This document shows positions 1-9,513 of a stretch of 64,000 nt of DNA, one piece after another; within the stretch, counting starts at the first letter, position 1; every line of letters starts with the position of its first letter. A program made the position numbers and the translations under genes. Where the stretch lies: positions 37,887 to 101,886 of the forward strand of contig JAYGCM010000057.1 of the NCBI GenBank assembly GCA_046583355.1. Direction: 5' to 3'. The notes beneath the pieces were generated by a model. The model ran no database searches. It was given only the letters and a program-made list of their open reading frames with translations, and had not been told where the DNA came from. The DNA is from Deltaproteobacteria bacterium. Its GTDB lineage: Bacteria; Desulfobacterota; Binatia; UBA12015.

Positions 1-687
1 CGTCACGAGCTCGGGCAGCGAGGTGCCGATGGCGACGATGGTGAGCGAGATCAGCAATTCGCTGACACCAAAGCTGCGCGCAATTCCCACAGCACCGTCG
101 ACGAAAATATCCGCGCCGAAGACGAGTAGAGCCAGGCCGAAGAGGATCGAGGCCGCCAGCCGGCCAAGCGAGGCCGAGTCGGCCTCAACGTCGCCGCCGA
201 ATTCTTCCTCGTATTCCTTCTGGACAGCCTCGCTCTCGCCGCCGCTCAGAACCACCGCGGCCACCAGGTAGACGACCACCAGGACCAGCAGAAGGATGCC
301 GTCGAGCTGCGAGAGCCGCCCGTCCCAACCCAGGGCGAGGACCAGTGCCGTCGCACCGATCATAATCGGGATATCCCACCAGATCAGCCGCTGCGCCACG
401 CGCAAGGGCATCAGAATCGCGGCCGCACCGAGCACCACCAAGAGGTTCAGCAGGTTCGAGCCTACGACATTGCCAACCGAGACGGCCTCTTGGCCCTGCA
501 TCGCCGCGTTCAAAGAAACGGCCATCTCGGGGGCGCTGGTCCCGACGGCGACGACCGTTACGCCTACAATCAGAGGCGTGAGGCCGAGCAACCGGGCCAG
601 CCGTGAGGCACCGCGGACCAGCGCCTCGCCGCCCACACCAAGCAAAACCAGGCCTGCGAGCAGCATAAACCAATCCCAGGCGTTCAT
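1..687 (-). CDS. Calcium/sodium antiporter (YrbG / Na_Ca_ex family), partial; runs off the window start
   Basis: Manual translation from ATG at 687 gives MNAWDWFMLLAGLVLLGVGGEALVRGASRLARLLGLTPLIVGVTVVAVGTSAPEMAVS, and the window edge reads LISLTIVAIGTSLPELVT. These are the two GTSxPE alpha-repeats. Absent from the ORF track because there is no stop in the window. Confidence 0.9.
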   Translation of the reverse strand, partial: MNAWDWFMLLAGLVLLGVGGEALVRGASRLARLLGLTPLIVGVTVVAVGTSAPEMAVSLNAAMQGQEAVSVGNVVGSNLLNLLVVLGAAAILMPLRVAQRLIWWDIPIMIGATALVLALGWDGRLSQLDGILLLVLVVVYLVAAVVLSGGESEAVQKEYEEEFGGDVEADSASLGRLAASILFGLALLVFGADIFVDGAVGIARSFGVSELLISLTIVAIGTSLPELVT

Positions 688-797
688 TTGGCGACTTTCT
701 CCATCGGGGCACGGCGCAGGGCCATAAGGTTGCTACGCAAGCAGATGCCCGCTGTCGAGATTTGCGGGAGGATTCCCCGTCTGGCATCGATCTTCTT

Positions 798-2654
798 ATG
801 TCACCGCGTCCCGTTTGGCTCCTCAGCATGGACACCGAGCAATTCCATGCCCCCCCTATGACGACCGGCGCGCTGAAGGCTTTCTTCGAGCGCGACGGCC
901 AGACTGCGCCCGAGACCGAAGTCGAACTGGTGCATTTCCTCGAGCGCGAATACGCCGAGACCTGGCTGCGGGAGACCTGGCCTGAGGAAATCCGCGCGCG
1001 TGCACAGGCGGCCGTCCAGGAAGGACACGCCCCGGTCATCGGCCTGAGTTGCTACACCTGGAACGCCGCGGAGTTCCTCGACATCGCTCGCCGCGTGAAA
1101 CAGGACGTGCCCGGCGCGTTGGTGGTCGCCGGCGGACCGCATGTCCAGCGTGCGGCCGATTTCCTCTTCGACGAGGCGATTGATGTCGTCATTCTGGGCG
1201 AAGGCGAGATCACCTTCACCGAGATGCTTGACCGCCCGCGTGCCGATTGGGGCACCATCGAAGGCATGGCCTGGCTCGAGGACGGCGTGCAGCGTGAGAC
1301 GCCCACCCGCCCGCGCCGCGAGCAGTTGGATTTCTTCCCCTCCGCGCTCGACGTGATCGAGCTGCGCGACGACAAGGGCCAGCCCATCTACGGCCAGATC
1401 TCGTATGAGACCACCCGCGGCTGTCCCTACCGCTGCGCCTTTTGCGAATGGGGCACCGGTGCCATCGGCACCAAGATGTACCAATTCTCGCTGGCGCGTA
1501 TCGAGAGCGACCTGCGCCGCGCCACCGAAGGAGGCATCAAGGATATCTGGCTGGCCGACTCGAATTTTGGTGCGCTACGCGAAGACGCCGAGAAGACCGA
1601 AATCGTCATCCGCCTGCGCAAGGAAACCGGCCTTCCCCAGACCTTTGCGACCTCGTGGTCGAAGAACCACAACAAGCGCGTGCAGGCCATCGTGCGCCGC
1701 CTGCACAAAGAAGGCCTGCTCTCGCATTACCACCTCGCGCTACAAACCTTGACGCCACTCGCGCTCGAGTTGAGCAATAGAAAAAATATGCGCGACAACG
1801 ATTTCGAACATGTCGTGCGTGCGTGCGCCAACGAAGGCATCCCGATTGCCGCCGAGCTGATCTGGGGCCTGCCCGGCGACACCCTGGGCGAGTTCGAAAC
1901 CAACCTCGACCGCCTGCTGCGAGTTTTCCCGAATATCAATATTTTCGGCTACACGCTGCTACCGGGCACGGAATTCTTCACGCGTAGGGAAGAGTACAAG
2001 CTCCAGACCATTCCGATAGCCGGCTACGGCAAGGCCAAGGGCGAATACGTCGTGGGCTGTCATACCTTCGATACCGACGAGGGCCAGGAAGGCTACTTCC
2101 TGATCTCGTCTTATATCGTGCTGGCACGCGGCCAGATCCTGCCTCTGACGGCGCAATTCCTCGCACTCGGCCAGCAGGTTCCGGTAGCGCCCCTGCTGCG
2201 CGCGACGATGCGTGCCTTGCTTGCGGAATTCCGCACGGAACTCGGCGAAGAAATCGCCAGCGATCGCATGATGGCCTATGAGCGCCGCTCGGAGATCTAC
2301 CTGCGCTTGCTGGCGGAGCCGAAGCGGACCTATGCCGTGATCGCGCGGGTTTTCGGCGAGTGGCTGCGCGAGCATGGCGCCGCCGAACTCGCGCCGCGGG
2401 TCGAGCGGATCCTCGCGCTGGACCGGGCGCTCTGCCCGCGCTCAGGCAAAGCGCATAATGAAAAGCACGAATTCGACTTCGACGCGGCGGCGGCCCTCGC
2501 CGTCCTGGAGCGCATGGAGCACCCGGCCGACGCGCTGATCGATACGGCGCCTCTGGTCGAACTCGAGATCGCCTACCCCGGTGGCGTGGGTGAAGTCCTA
2601 CATGACCCCGACGGCGGCTCCTGGGTACGCGGCAAGCTACGGGCCGGCGCATGA
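798..2654 (+). CDS. Cobalamin-binding (class B) radical SAM enzyme, probable methyltransferase
   Basis: B12-binding domain (VIGLSCYTWN, VVAGGPHV, GEGE) followed by ETTRGCPYRCAFC (CxxxCxxC). ATG at 798 preferred over TTG at 762. Confidence 0.88.
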   Translation: MSPRPVWLLSMDTEQFHAPPMTTGALKAFFERDGQTAPETEVELVHFLEREYAETWLRETWPEEIRARAQAAVQEGHAPVIGLSCYTWNAAEFLDIARRVKQDVPGALVVAGGPHVQRAADFLFDEAIDVVILGEGEITFTEMLDRPRADWGTIEGMAWLEDGVQRETPTRPRREQLDFFPSALDVIELRDDKGQPIYGQISYETTRGCPYRCAFCEWGTGAIGTKMYQFSLARIESDLRRATEGGIKDIWLADSNFGALREDAEKTEIVIRLRKETGLPQTFATSWSKNHNKRVQAIVRRLHKEGLLSHYHLALQTLTPLALELSNRKNMRDNDFEHVVRACANEGIPIAAELIWGLPGDTLGEFETNLDRLLRVFPNINIFGYTLLPGTEFFTRREEYKLQTIPIAGYGKAKGEYVVGCHTFDTDEGQEGYFLISSYIVLARGQILPLTAQFLALGQQVPVAPLLRATMRALLAEFRTELGEEIASDRMMAYERRSEIYLRLLAEPKRTYAVIARVFGEWLREHGAAELAPRVERILALDRALCPRSGKAHNEKHEFDFDAAAALAVLERMEHPADALIDTAPLVELEIAYPGGVGEVLHDPDGGSWVRGKLRAGA

Positions 2655-3349
2655 GCCACGGCGAAGGCCCGTCAGCAACGAGCCTCGACGAGGTCTTCCC
2701 CTGGGGGCGTTGCTTCGAGGAATATTGCGAGATGTTCGCACTCAGCGAGGACGATCTGAACAAGAAGATCCTTGGCTGCGGCGACGGCCCGGCCAGCTTC
2801 AACCGCACGCTTACCGAACGCGGCGGCAAGATCGTCTCCTTCGACCCGATCTACGAAGTCAGCGAAGAAGACCTGCACGCGCGGATCGACGCGACCTTCA
2901 CGACCCTCATAGAGCAGGTCCGCGAGAACAAAGACCGCTTCGTGTGGCGGAACCTCGGCGACGTCGAGAACCTCGGGCGCATCCGCAACCAGGCGATGCA
3001 TGATTTCCTCGAAGATTTCGAGCAGGGCAAAGCCGAAGGCCGTTATCTCGCCGAAGAGCTGCCCGAGACGCCCTTTCCCGACAAGAGCTTCGACCTCGCC
3101 ATCTGCTCGCATTTCCTCTTCCACTACGGCGAGCATCTCTCCCTGGATTTCCACCGCGCCTCGATCGAAGAGATGTGCCGCGTGGCCAAAGAGGTGCGGA
3201 TCTTCCCCCTACAAGAACTCTCCGGAGCCCCCTCGCCACACGTACCCGCGATTCGCGATGAGTTCACGAACCGAGGCTACGAGGTCGAAATCCGCGAAGT
3301 CGAATACGAGCTCCACCCCGGCGGCAACCGCCTATTGACGATCCGCTGA
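2651..3349 (+). CDS. Class I SAM-dependent methyltransferase
   Basis: KILGCGDGPASF motif-I-like segment and LPETPFPDKSFDLAICSHFLF. ATGA overlap with the radical SAM gene. Confidence 0.8.
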   Translation: MSHGEGPSATSLDEVFPWGRCFEEYCEMFALSEDDLNKKILGCGDGPASFNRTLTERGGKIVSFDPIYEVSEEDLHARIDATFTTLIEQVRENKDRFVWRNLGDVENLGRIRNQAMHDFLEDFEQGKAEGRYLAEELPETPFPDKSFDLAICSHFLFHYGEHLSLDFHRASIEEMCRVAKEVRIFPLQELSGAPSPHVPAIRDEFTNRGYEVEIREVEYELHPGGNRLLTIR

Positions 3350-3372
3350 ACTGCGCCTGGGCGGCGCGGGCG

Positions 3373-3657
3373 TCAAGCCGGAATGAACTGAATATCCGGG
3401 GCGCCGGCGATCAGCGGCATGAATTCCTTGCCAGCGGCACGGAAATAATCGGTCTTGCCGTGAGCGTCGAGAGACTCCTTGTCAGTATAGAGTTCGACAA
3501 TGACATAATGGTCGGGGCGGTCGAGCGATTTGCAGACCTCGTAGCGTTGGCAGCCCTCTTCGTTGGCGCGCACTTTCTCGCCGAGCGCTTTGAAAATGGC
3601 TTCAAATTCTTCTGCCTTGCCCTCTTGGACCGGGATCGTAGCGATGACATGAATCAT
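3373..3657 (-). CDS. Antibiotic biosynthesis monooxygenase (ABM) family / putative quinol monooxygenase
   Basis: MIHVIATIPVQEGK...VRANEEGCQRYEV...VELYTDKESLDAHGKTDYF. AAAGGAG RBS upstream of ATG 3657; 94 aa. Confidence 0.85.
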   Translation of the reverse strand: MIHVIATIPVQEGKAEEFEAIFKALGEKVRANEEGCQRYEVCKSLDRPDHYVIVELYTDKESLDAHGKTDYFRAAGKEFMPLIAGAPDIQFIPA

Positions 3658-3752
3658 ATGACTCTCCTTTGCTGCGGGATGTACCAGAGAGGGAAGCGAC
3701 AGACACCACCTCTCCGGGTTGACCCGCGAGCGCTCGCGCGCAAAGAAACCCC

Positions 3753-4166
3753 ATGCTGACCACTGCCGAGAAGGTTCTCGCCTTCCTGCACCCGTTGATC
3801 GGATTGGTCGCGCTGGTGCTGCTCTTCCGCGCTGCCAGCCTCGGGCTGCGCTCGCGCGAACGGCGCGGAGCGCCCCTGCGCGCGCAGCACGCCAAGGCCG
3901 CGCCGCGTGCACTCGCGGCGACACTTCTCGCCTTCGTCATGGGCCTGGTCTCGACGATCCTTTGGCGTCCGGACCTGGAACTCGCCGGCGGCTGGCATTT
4001 CCGCATCGGCGCCGCGATTGTCCTGCTGCTCGGCGCCGGCGCTCTGCTCTCGCGCCATATTCACGACAGCCAGCGGGCGCGCCGCATCCACCCCCTGCTC
4101 GGCGCCACCGCATTGCTGCTGGCCGCCGTGCAGGTCTTCCTCGGCCTCCCGCTCCTGCGTTTCTAG
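3753..4166 (+). CDS. Small 4-TM membrane protein with conserved His residues (DUF4079 / cytochrome b561-like)
   Basis: Four hydrophobic segments with FLHP, QH, WHF and RIHPLLG motifs. Confidence 0.6.
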   Translation: MLTTAEKVLAFLHPLIGLVALVLLFRAASLGLRSRERRGAPLRAQHAKAAPRALAATLLAFVMGLVSTILWRPDLELAGGWHFRIGAAIVLLLGAGALLSRHIHDSQRARRIHPLLGATALLLAAVQVFLGLPLLRF

Positions 4167-4170
4167 AGGC

Positions 4171-4611
4171 TTATTCCGGCGATTGGCGGGCGGCGGCCGC
4201 CGTCGCCAATGCGTCGGCGCGTTCGTTGTAGGGGTGGCCGGTGTGGCCGCGCACCCATGTCCACCGGACCTGATGACGGCCGACCTCATGGTCCAGGGCC
4301 TGCCAGAATTCGATGTTCTTGACTGGTTGTTTATTCGAGGTCTTCCAGCCGCGTTTCTTCCAGCCGTGGATCCAGGACTTCATCCCATCCATCACATATT
4401 TGGAATCGGTGACGACCTTGACCGCGCAAGGCTCCTTGAGCGCGCGCAGCCCTTCGATGACGGCCTGTAGCTCCATCTGGTTATTGGTGGTCGCCTCCAG
4501 GCCGCCCGAGAGCTCACGCTCCCGGCCTTCCCATGCGAGGATCGCCCCCCAGCCACCGGGACCCGGATTCCCCAGACAAGAGCCATCGGTATAAAGACAG
4601 ATCTGTTTCAA
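4171..4611 (-). CDS. rnhA: Ribonuclease HI
   Basis: [51 protein letters not shown] start. Confidence 0.97.
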   Translation of the reverse strand: MKQICLYTDGSCLGNPGPGGWGAILAWEGRERELSGGLEATTNNQMELQAVIEGLRALKEPCAVKVVTDSKYVMDGMKSWIHGWKKRGWKTSNKQPVKNIEFWQALDHEVGRHQVRWTWVRGHTGHPYNERADALATAAAARQSPE

Positions 4612-4617
4612 AACGCG

Positions 4618-5457
4618 TCAGAGGTGCAGGGCTTGCGGGATGTCGAGCGGCGCAATGCGCACACCCACATAGAACTCGCCGAAGAGACCATAAAGCGTGC
4701 TGCCCTCGTCGTAGCGCAGCTCGTAGACGATATCGCGGACCGATTTCAGATTGTCCGCGAAGAGCGTCACGCCCCATTCCCAATCGTCTATGCCGGTAGC
4801 GGTGGTGATGAGTTGCTGGATGCGGCCCGCATAGCGGCGCCCGGAGATCGCATGCGCGCCCATCAGCCGCTTGCGCTCCTCAAGCGAGAGAGCGTACCAG
4901 TTGTGGTTCTCGCCGCGCTGCTTGCTCATCGGGTAGAAGCAGATCACCGGCTTGTCGGGCCCGGGCAGCTGGGGGTAGATCCGCGCCCCGGCGTAATGAT
5001 TCATACGCTCGGTGAAGGCGTCGAGTTTTTCCGTGAATTCCGCGGTGCCCGGCACCAGCCCCTCGTCGTCAATCAATTTGCGAGCCTGATCGCCGGTGCT
5101 CGACTGGTATTCGCTTACCTCCGAGAGCGAGAGAAAGGAATAAGTCGTGTCGAAACACGCGCCCAAAGTAGTGGCGATCACCTCCTGGGTGAAGCGCTGC
5201 ACGCGCTCGAGCGAGGGGTGCACGACGATCAGCCCGATATCGGCCTTGCCGATGACTCCCTGCACGACCACCTGAAGGTCTTTCTCGTCCTCGGCCGCGA
5301 CGATCATGGCCATGAACTCTTCGAGCCCGTCTTCCTGCTCCTTGTCGTCGAGACTCGACCAGAGCGCGCGATCGATGCGGTAATAAATATGCAGAACCGG
5401 CCAGCCCTCGGTGTGGACATTGACGGGCGTTTTTGGGGAATCGGCGTTCTCTGACAT
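4618..5457 (-). CDS. hemQ: Coproheme decarboxylase (HemQ/ChdC, chlorite dismutase-like fold)
   Basis: CFYPMSKQR..NWYAL..EERKRLM..H...GRRYAG.IQQLIT...GIDDWEWGVTLFAD...LRYDEGS..YG.FGEFYVG, plus N-terminal EGWPVLH. Confidence 0.85.
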   Translation of the reverse strand: MSENADSPKTPVNVHTEGWPVLHIYYRIDRALWSSLDDKEQEDGLEEFMAMIVAAEDEKDLQVVVQGVIGKADIGLIVVHPSLERVQRFTQEVIATTLGACFDTTYSFLSLSEVSEYQSSTGDQARKLIDDEGLVPGTAEFTEKLDAFTERMNHYAGARIYPQLPGPDKPVICFYPMSKQRGENHNWYALSLEERKRLMGAHAISGRRYAGRIQQLITTATGIDDWEWGVTLFADNLKSVRDIVYELRYDEGSTLYGLFGEFYVGVRIAPLDIPQALHL

Positions 5458-5570
5458 CGGAGCCTCCTTGGCGACCGGTCGCGGCCGCCCTACGCTCCTC
5501 CGTAGACGCGCCCCGCCCCCCTCGCAAGCCGATGCGAGTCACGCGGGGTTCCGATAGAAGCTGGGGAGCC

Positions 5571-6608
5571 ATGCTACCTGCGGACAACCCTTTATTGCTG
5601 AGTGCGGCGGCCGACGTCACGCCGCAGGAGCAGGCGGCCAGCGAGCGCGCGCTGCTGGCCGCGGCTGGCCTCGGCGCCCTGCACCTGCATATCTCCACGC
5701 TCAGTGGCGAGCGCCTCGGCCTGGGAGCGTTCCACGCAGCCCTGCCCGAGGCCGGCGAGCGGGTCTGGCGGCGCCATACCGGTGGCCGGGCGATTGCCGT
5801 AGGCGAGGGCTTTTTGCTGGTCTCGCTTTTTCTGCCCCATCGCAGCGCGCTGGTTGCCGCCGAGCGCTACGCGCTGCGCCCTGAGCAGGTGCTCAACCGC
5901 GGCGTGCGCGGCATTCTCGCCTGGCTGCGCACACTCGGACTCGACCCGGTGTACCCGGGGCTCGATTTTCTCACCGTCGGTGGCCGCCGACTCGCCCACC
6001 TGAGCTTCTGCGAATACCTTGCCGGGCCGACTCTGGTGCAGGCCGTGATCGCGCGGGAGACCAGCTTGGCCGAAACCATGTTGCGGCTGGACCGCTTCGA
6101 CCCCACGGGAGTGATTCCGGCGCTTGCTTGGAGTCCAGACGAGTCCACCACGCTCGCGCGCCTGGGGCAAAGAGACGCGGCCACGCTCAGCCCCGGCGCG
6201 ACGCTGGGCCCGCTGGCTGAAGGTTTCCGTTCCACCTTCGGGCTCGGTGTCGGACTGGCCGAGTTGCATCGCCTACAGGCCGCGAATGCCTCGCCGGCTA
6301 TCTCCGCCATCCCAGCCGCGGCCCACGGCGCACAACAGGTACAGGTCGAGGGGCGACTCGGGCCTATCCTTGCTTGGATCGAAGAGAAAGAAGGCATCGT
6401 CAATCACGTATCCCTCGGTGGCGATCTCATCGCCCCGGAGGGGATGGCCGAGGCACTCCAAGCGGCACTCTGCGGCTCGCCTGCCGACCCAGCGCGGATC
6501 AAGGCGGCCGTAGAGAAAGTGTTTGATGGACAGCGTGGTTACGCGCTCGGTCTGGATCGTGCGGGACTCGAAGATCTCCTCGGGCGCGCCTGGCAGGCAT
6601 GCCGATGA
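5571..6608 (+). CDS. Lipoate-protein ligase-like protein (BPL/LplA/LipB fold), divergent
   Basis: WRRHTGGRAI motif (RRxxGG) and a C-terminal LplA-like domain (IVNHVSLGGDLIA..LQAALCG). The conserved KxxG lysine is not seen. Confidence 0.6.
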   Translation: MLPADNPLLLSAAADVTPQEQAASERALLAAAGLGALHLHISTLSGERLGLGAFHAALPEAGERVWRRHTGGRAIAVGEGFLLVSLFLPHRSALVAAERYALRPEQVLNRGVRGILAWLRTLGLDPVYPGLDFLTVGGRRLAHLSFCEYLAGPTLVQAVIARETSLAETMLRLDRFDPTGVIPALAWSPDESTTLARLGQRDAATLSPGATLGPLAEGFRSTFGLGVGLAELHRLQAANASPAISAIPAAAHGAQQVQVEGRLGPILAWIEEKEGIVNHVSLGGDLIAPEGMAEALQAALCGSPADPARIKAAVEKVFDGQRGYALGLDRAGLEDLLGRAWQACR

Positions 6609-7435
6609 GTCCCCTCCCGGAAGCCACCCGGCACGCCCTCCTCGAGTGCGCCAAAGGCGACCGAGCCGCCCGCGCCTCGGTCAGCACGAAAATTATCGAA
6701 CTCGTCGAGGCGGGTGAGGCGGCCGCCGTCGATGCGGAACTCGCCACGGCCCTGGTCGCCCTCTTCGAGCAACCCGGCCGCACCCAGCAGCGCCACCTCG
6801 CCGACGCCCTCCAGCCCTTGGCCCGGCAAAATACGGCCGTATACGAGGCCCTGAAAGACGCGCTTGCCGCAAGCAATGATTCGCTGCGCTGGGGTGCTGC
6901 CTTCACCCTCGGCCACGCCTTTGGCCCCTCCCCAGCGATCGCAAGGACCATCCTGCAGGTACTCGGCCAGGAAGACGGCGACAGCCGCTGGGCGGCCGCC
7001 GAACTGGCCTGCGGGCTGGCGCGCCTCTCGGAGGATTTCACAAACGAGTTGCGCGCTGCCACGCGCGCCCAGACCGCGACCCTACGACGCATGGCCCTCT
7101 ATTGCCTGCGCGATCTGAAGGTCCCGGATTTATGCGCACTCGCCCGCGAGGGCCTGAACGACCCCACTTCACACGGCCGCATGGCCGCGCTCTCTGCGCT
7201 GGTGGCTGCGGCCCCCGATGCGATGGCGAACGAGGCCCTGGTTGGGCCCATCGGCCGGTTGATCGAGGACGACCCCGATCCCGGTGTGCGCCGCGCGGCC
7301 GCTGCCACCCTCGGGCGCCTCGGCGCCCCGGCGGCCCGCCGGATTCTCGAGCAAGCCTCTGCTTCCGCCGACCCGAGCCTGGCCCGCGCCGCAGCGGGCG
7401 CGCTGCGCAAGCTACCCTCGCTGCCGCCGCACTGA
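6599..7435 (+). CDS. HEAT-repeat (PBS lyase-like) protein
   Basis: Repeats LRWGAAFTLG, SRWAAAELAC, LRRMALYCL, DPDPGVRRAAAATLGRLG and DPSLARAAAGAL. Confidence 0.8.
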   Translation: MPMSPLPEATRHALLECAKGDRAARASVSTKIIELVEAGEAAAVDAELATALVALFEQPGRTQQRHLADALQPLARQNTAVYEALKDALAASNDSLRWGAAFTLGHAFGPSPAIARTILQVLGQEDGDSRWAAAELACGLARLSEDFTNELRAATRAQTATLRRMALYCLRDLKVPDLCALAREGLNDPTSHGRMAALSALVAAAPDAMANEALVGPIGRLIEDDPDPGVRRAAAATLGRLGAPAARRILEQASASADPSLARAAAGALRKLPSLPPH

Positions 7436-7471
7436 CTAGAGGCCCGGCCGAAAAGCAGGCCGGGCCTCTAG
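7436..7471. other. 14-bp perfect-stem hairpin between the HEAT gene and bioB
   Basis: CTAGAGGCCCGGCC-gaaaagca-GGCCGGGCCTCTAG; no U-tail. Confidence 0.7.
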
Positions 7472-7508
7472 CGCAACTTGCCTGGGCTCTGGTAACCATG
7501 GAGGCATC

Positions 7509-8543
7509 ATGGAAACCACGGAGACCTTGCCGACCGCGCCAACCGAGACCAACGCGGGCCGATTCCACGCCATCGCCGACCGGGTACTGGAAGGTACCGC
7601 TCCGACACGAGAGGAAGCACACGCCATCCTGGGTGCGCCGGAGCCCGAGTTCGAAGAGCTTCTGGCCGCCGCCCTGCGCATCCGTGAGCGCCGTTGGGGC
7701 CGCGGCGTGAAGCTCTGCATGCTGCAGAACGCACGCTCGGGACTCTGCCCCGAAGATTGCAGCTATTGCTCGCAATCCAAGGTCTCCAGCGCCGAGATCG
7801 ACACCTACACGCTGCTCGCGCGCGGCCGGCTCATCGAGGGTGCCAAACAAGCGCAGCTGCGTGGTGCGCGGCGCTATTGCATGGTGACCAGCGGGCGCGG
7901 ACCCAGCGACCGCGATATTGACGAATTCTGCGCCACCACCCGCGCGATCAAAAGCGAATACCCTGACCTGGAGATCTGCGTCTCCCTCGGCCTGATGGAC
8001 GACGCAAAAGCCGTCAAGCTCAAGGAGTCCGGGGTCGGCTGGATCAACCACAACCTGAATACCAGCGAGCGCCACCACGACGCGATCTGCAGCACACATA
8101 CCTACGCCGACCGCGTGGCAACCGTGCAGGCGGCCCAACGCGCGGGGATGAACACCTGCTGCGGCGGCATCATCGGCATGGGCGAGAACGACGAAGATAT
8201 CGTCCAGCTCGGCTTCGCGTTGCGCGAGCTCAAGGTGGACTCTCTGCCGGTGAATTTTCTCCACGCCATCGACGGCACGCCGCTGGAAGGTGAGCCGAAG
8301 GTCAGCGCGGGACGCGCCTTGCGCGCACTCTGCCTGATGCGTTTTCTCAACCCCGATGCAGATATTCGCGCGGCCGGTGGCAGCGAACGCGCGCTCGGCG
8401 AGGACGAGCATCTGGCACTCAATGCCGCCAACTCAATTTTTGTTGCCGGCTACCTCACGACCTCCGGGCGCACTGCCGAAGCGGCGCATCGCATGATCGA
8501 AGAGCGCGGCTTCCACGTCGACGGAACGGAACTGGGCCTCTAG
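7509..8543 (+). CDS. bioB: Biotin synthase
   Basis: NARSGLCPEDCSYCSQS, RYCMVTSGRG, ICVSLG, NHNLNTS, CCGGIIGMGE, PVNFL..IDGTPL, ANSIFVAGYLTT. GGAGG RBS. Confidence 0.96.
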   Translation: METTETLPTAPTETNAGRFHAIADRVLEGTAPTREEAHAILGAPEPEFEELLAAALRIRERRWGRGVKLCMLQNARSGLCPEDCSYCSQSKVSSAEIDTYTLLARGRLIEGAKQAQLRGARRYCMVTSGRGPSDRDIDEFCATTRAIKSEYPDLEICVSLGLMDDAKAVKLKESGVGWINHNLNTSERHHDAICSTHTYADRVATVQAAQRAGMNTCCGGIIGMGENDEDIVQLGFALRELKVDSLPVNFLHAIDGTPLEGEPKVSAGRALRALCLMRFLNPDADIRAAGGSERALGEDEHLALNAANSIFVAGYLTTSGRTAEAAHRMIEERGFHVDGTELGL

Positions 8544-8554
8544 AGATCCGACAG

Positions 8555-9492
8555 TCAATCCCGGAGATGCCAGATCCACACCTGGTTGCGGAAACGCCCG
8601 CCCTGCAATGAGACCTCCAGGAAGGCCTCGCCGCGACCACCGAGGCGGGCGCCGACCGGGAAATGCCAATGATCGACGCCGCGCGCCACCACCTGGCCGC
8701 CGATCCGCCAGACCAGTGCGCGGCGGTCGCGGCGCTGCGCACTGCCAAGGTGGACGCGGAAGAAGCGCCCCTGCCCGTCGCCGACGCGAAGCATTGCGTC
8801 ACGTGGCGAGGCCGCGGCAATACCGGCATGCGGGCTCGGCTGGCCGCGTGCGGCGAAATACAGCGGCGCGGGCAGAAGCGGCGCGGGGCTCGGTCCGGGA
8901 ATGCCGGCAACGGCAAAAAGAAGCCCCGCCAGCAGCCCCGCCGCAACCGAGGGGAGCAGCTCTGCCGCGACCGGCTTGCCCGGGAGCGGCGTCTCCGGAA
9001 GAGCCGAAATCGACCGGCTCTCCCGTGATCCGCGATAGATCGCTCGCGAGCCGAGCCACGGCGCGCCAGCGAGAGGCCGAACTCGAAGATGCGGGACGGC
9101 CCCAAGGGGTCGGCCGAGCGCATGCGGCTGCCCAGCCCCGAGCCGGATACCAGGTCGGTCGCCAGCACCGTCCCCAGCGTTGCATCCTGCAGGCGCGCGC
9201 GAAATCCAGCGACCGCCGGATGACGAATGCGCTCCAGAAGCTCCCCCTCCAAGACAAAAGCCGCGCACGCACGGGTATCGTGCCTTTGTGCAGCGCCGAG
9301 AAAACGAAGCGCACAGGGCTCATTGCGAAGCTCATCAACCGCCGACGCGAGCCGTTGCGTCGCACCCGCCTGGAGCAGGCGCACGATGCGGAACCGACCG
9401 CCGACTCGCCGACCGACAAGCTCGTCCTTGCGAGCAGAATATTCGACGCTTGGACATCGACCGAAAACGCCGCAACCTGAGCATTTTCCCAA
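8555..9492 (-). pseudogene. Degenerate Ser/Thr-kinase-like N-lobe joined across a frameshift to a TM-containing C-terminal region
   Basis: One frame reads GRFRIVRLLQAG...CALRFL...LEGELLERIRHPAV...LATDLVSG..L (kinase subdomains I-V, no HRD or DFG). Protein-like sequence with a TM segment (VAAGLLAGLLFAVAGI) continues in another frame after about 9060-9000. Start uncertain. Confidence 0.45.
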
Positions 9493-9513
9493 CTACCCTG
9501 GACGCCGGCAAAT

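Noticed and set aside
4618..5457. Chlorite dismutase (perchlorate respiration)
   Set aside because: Motifs fit HemQ/ChdC; no signal peptide, no distal Arg pattern, no pcr genes.
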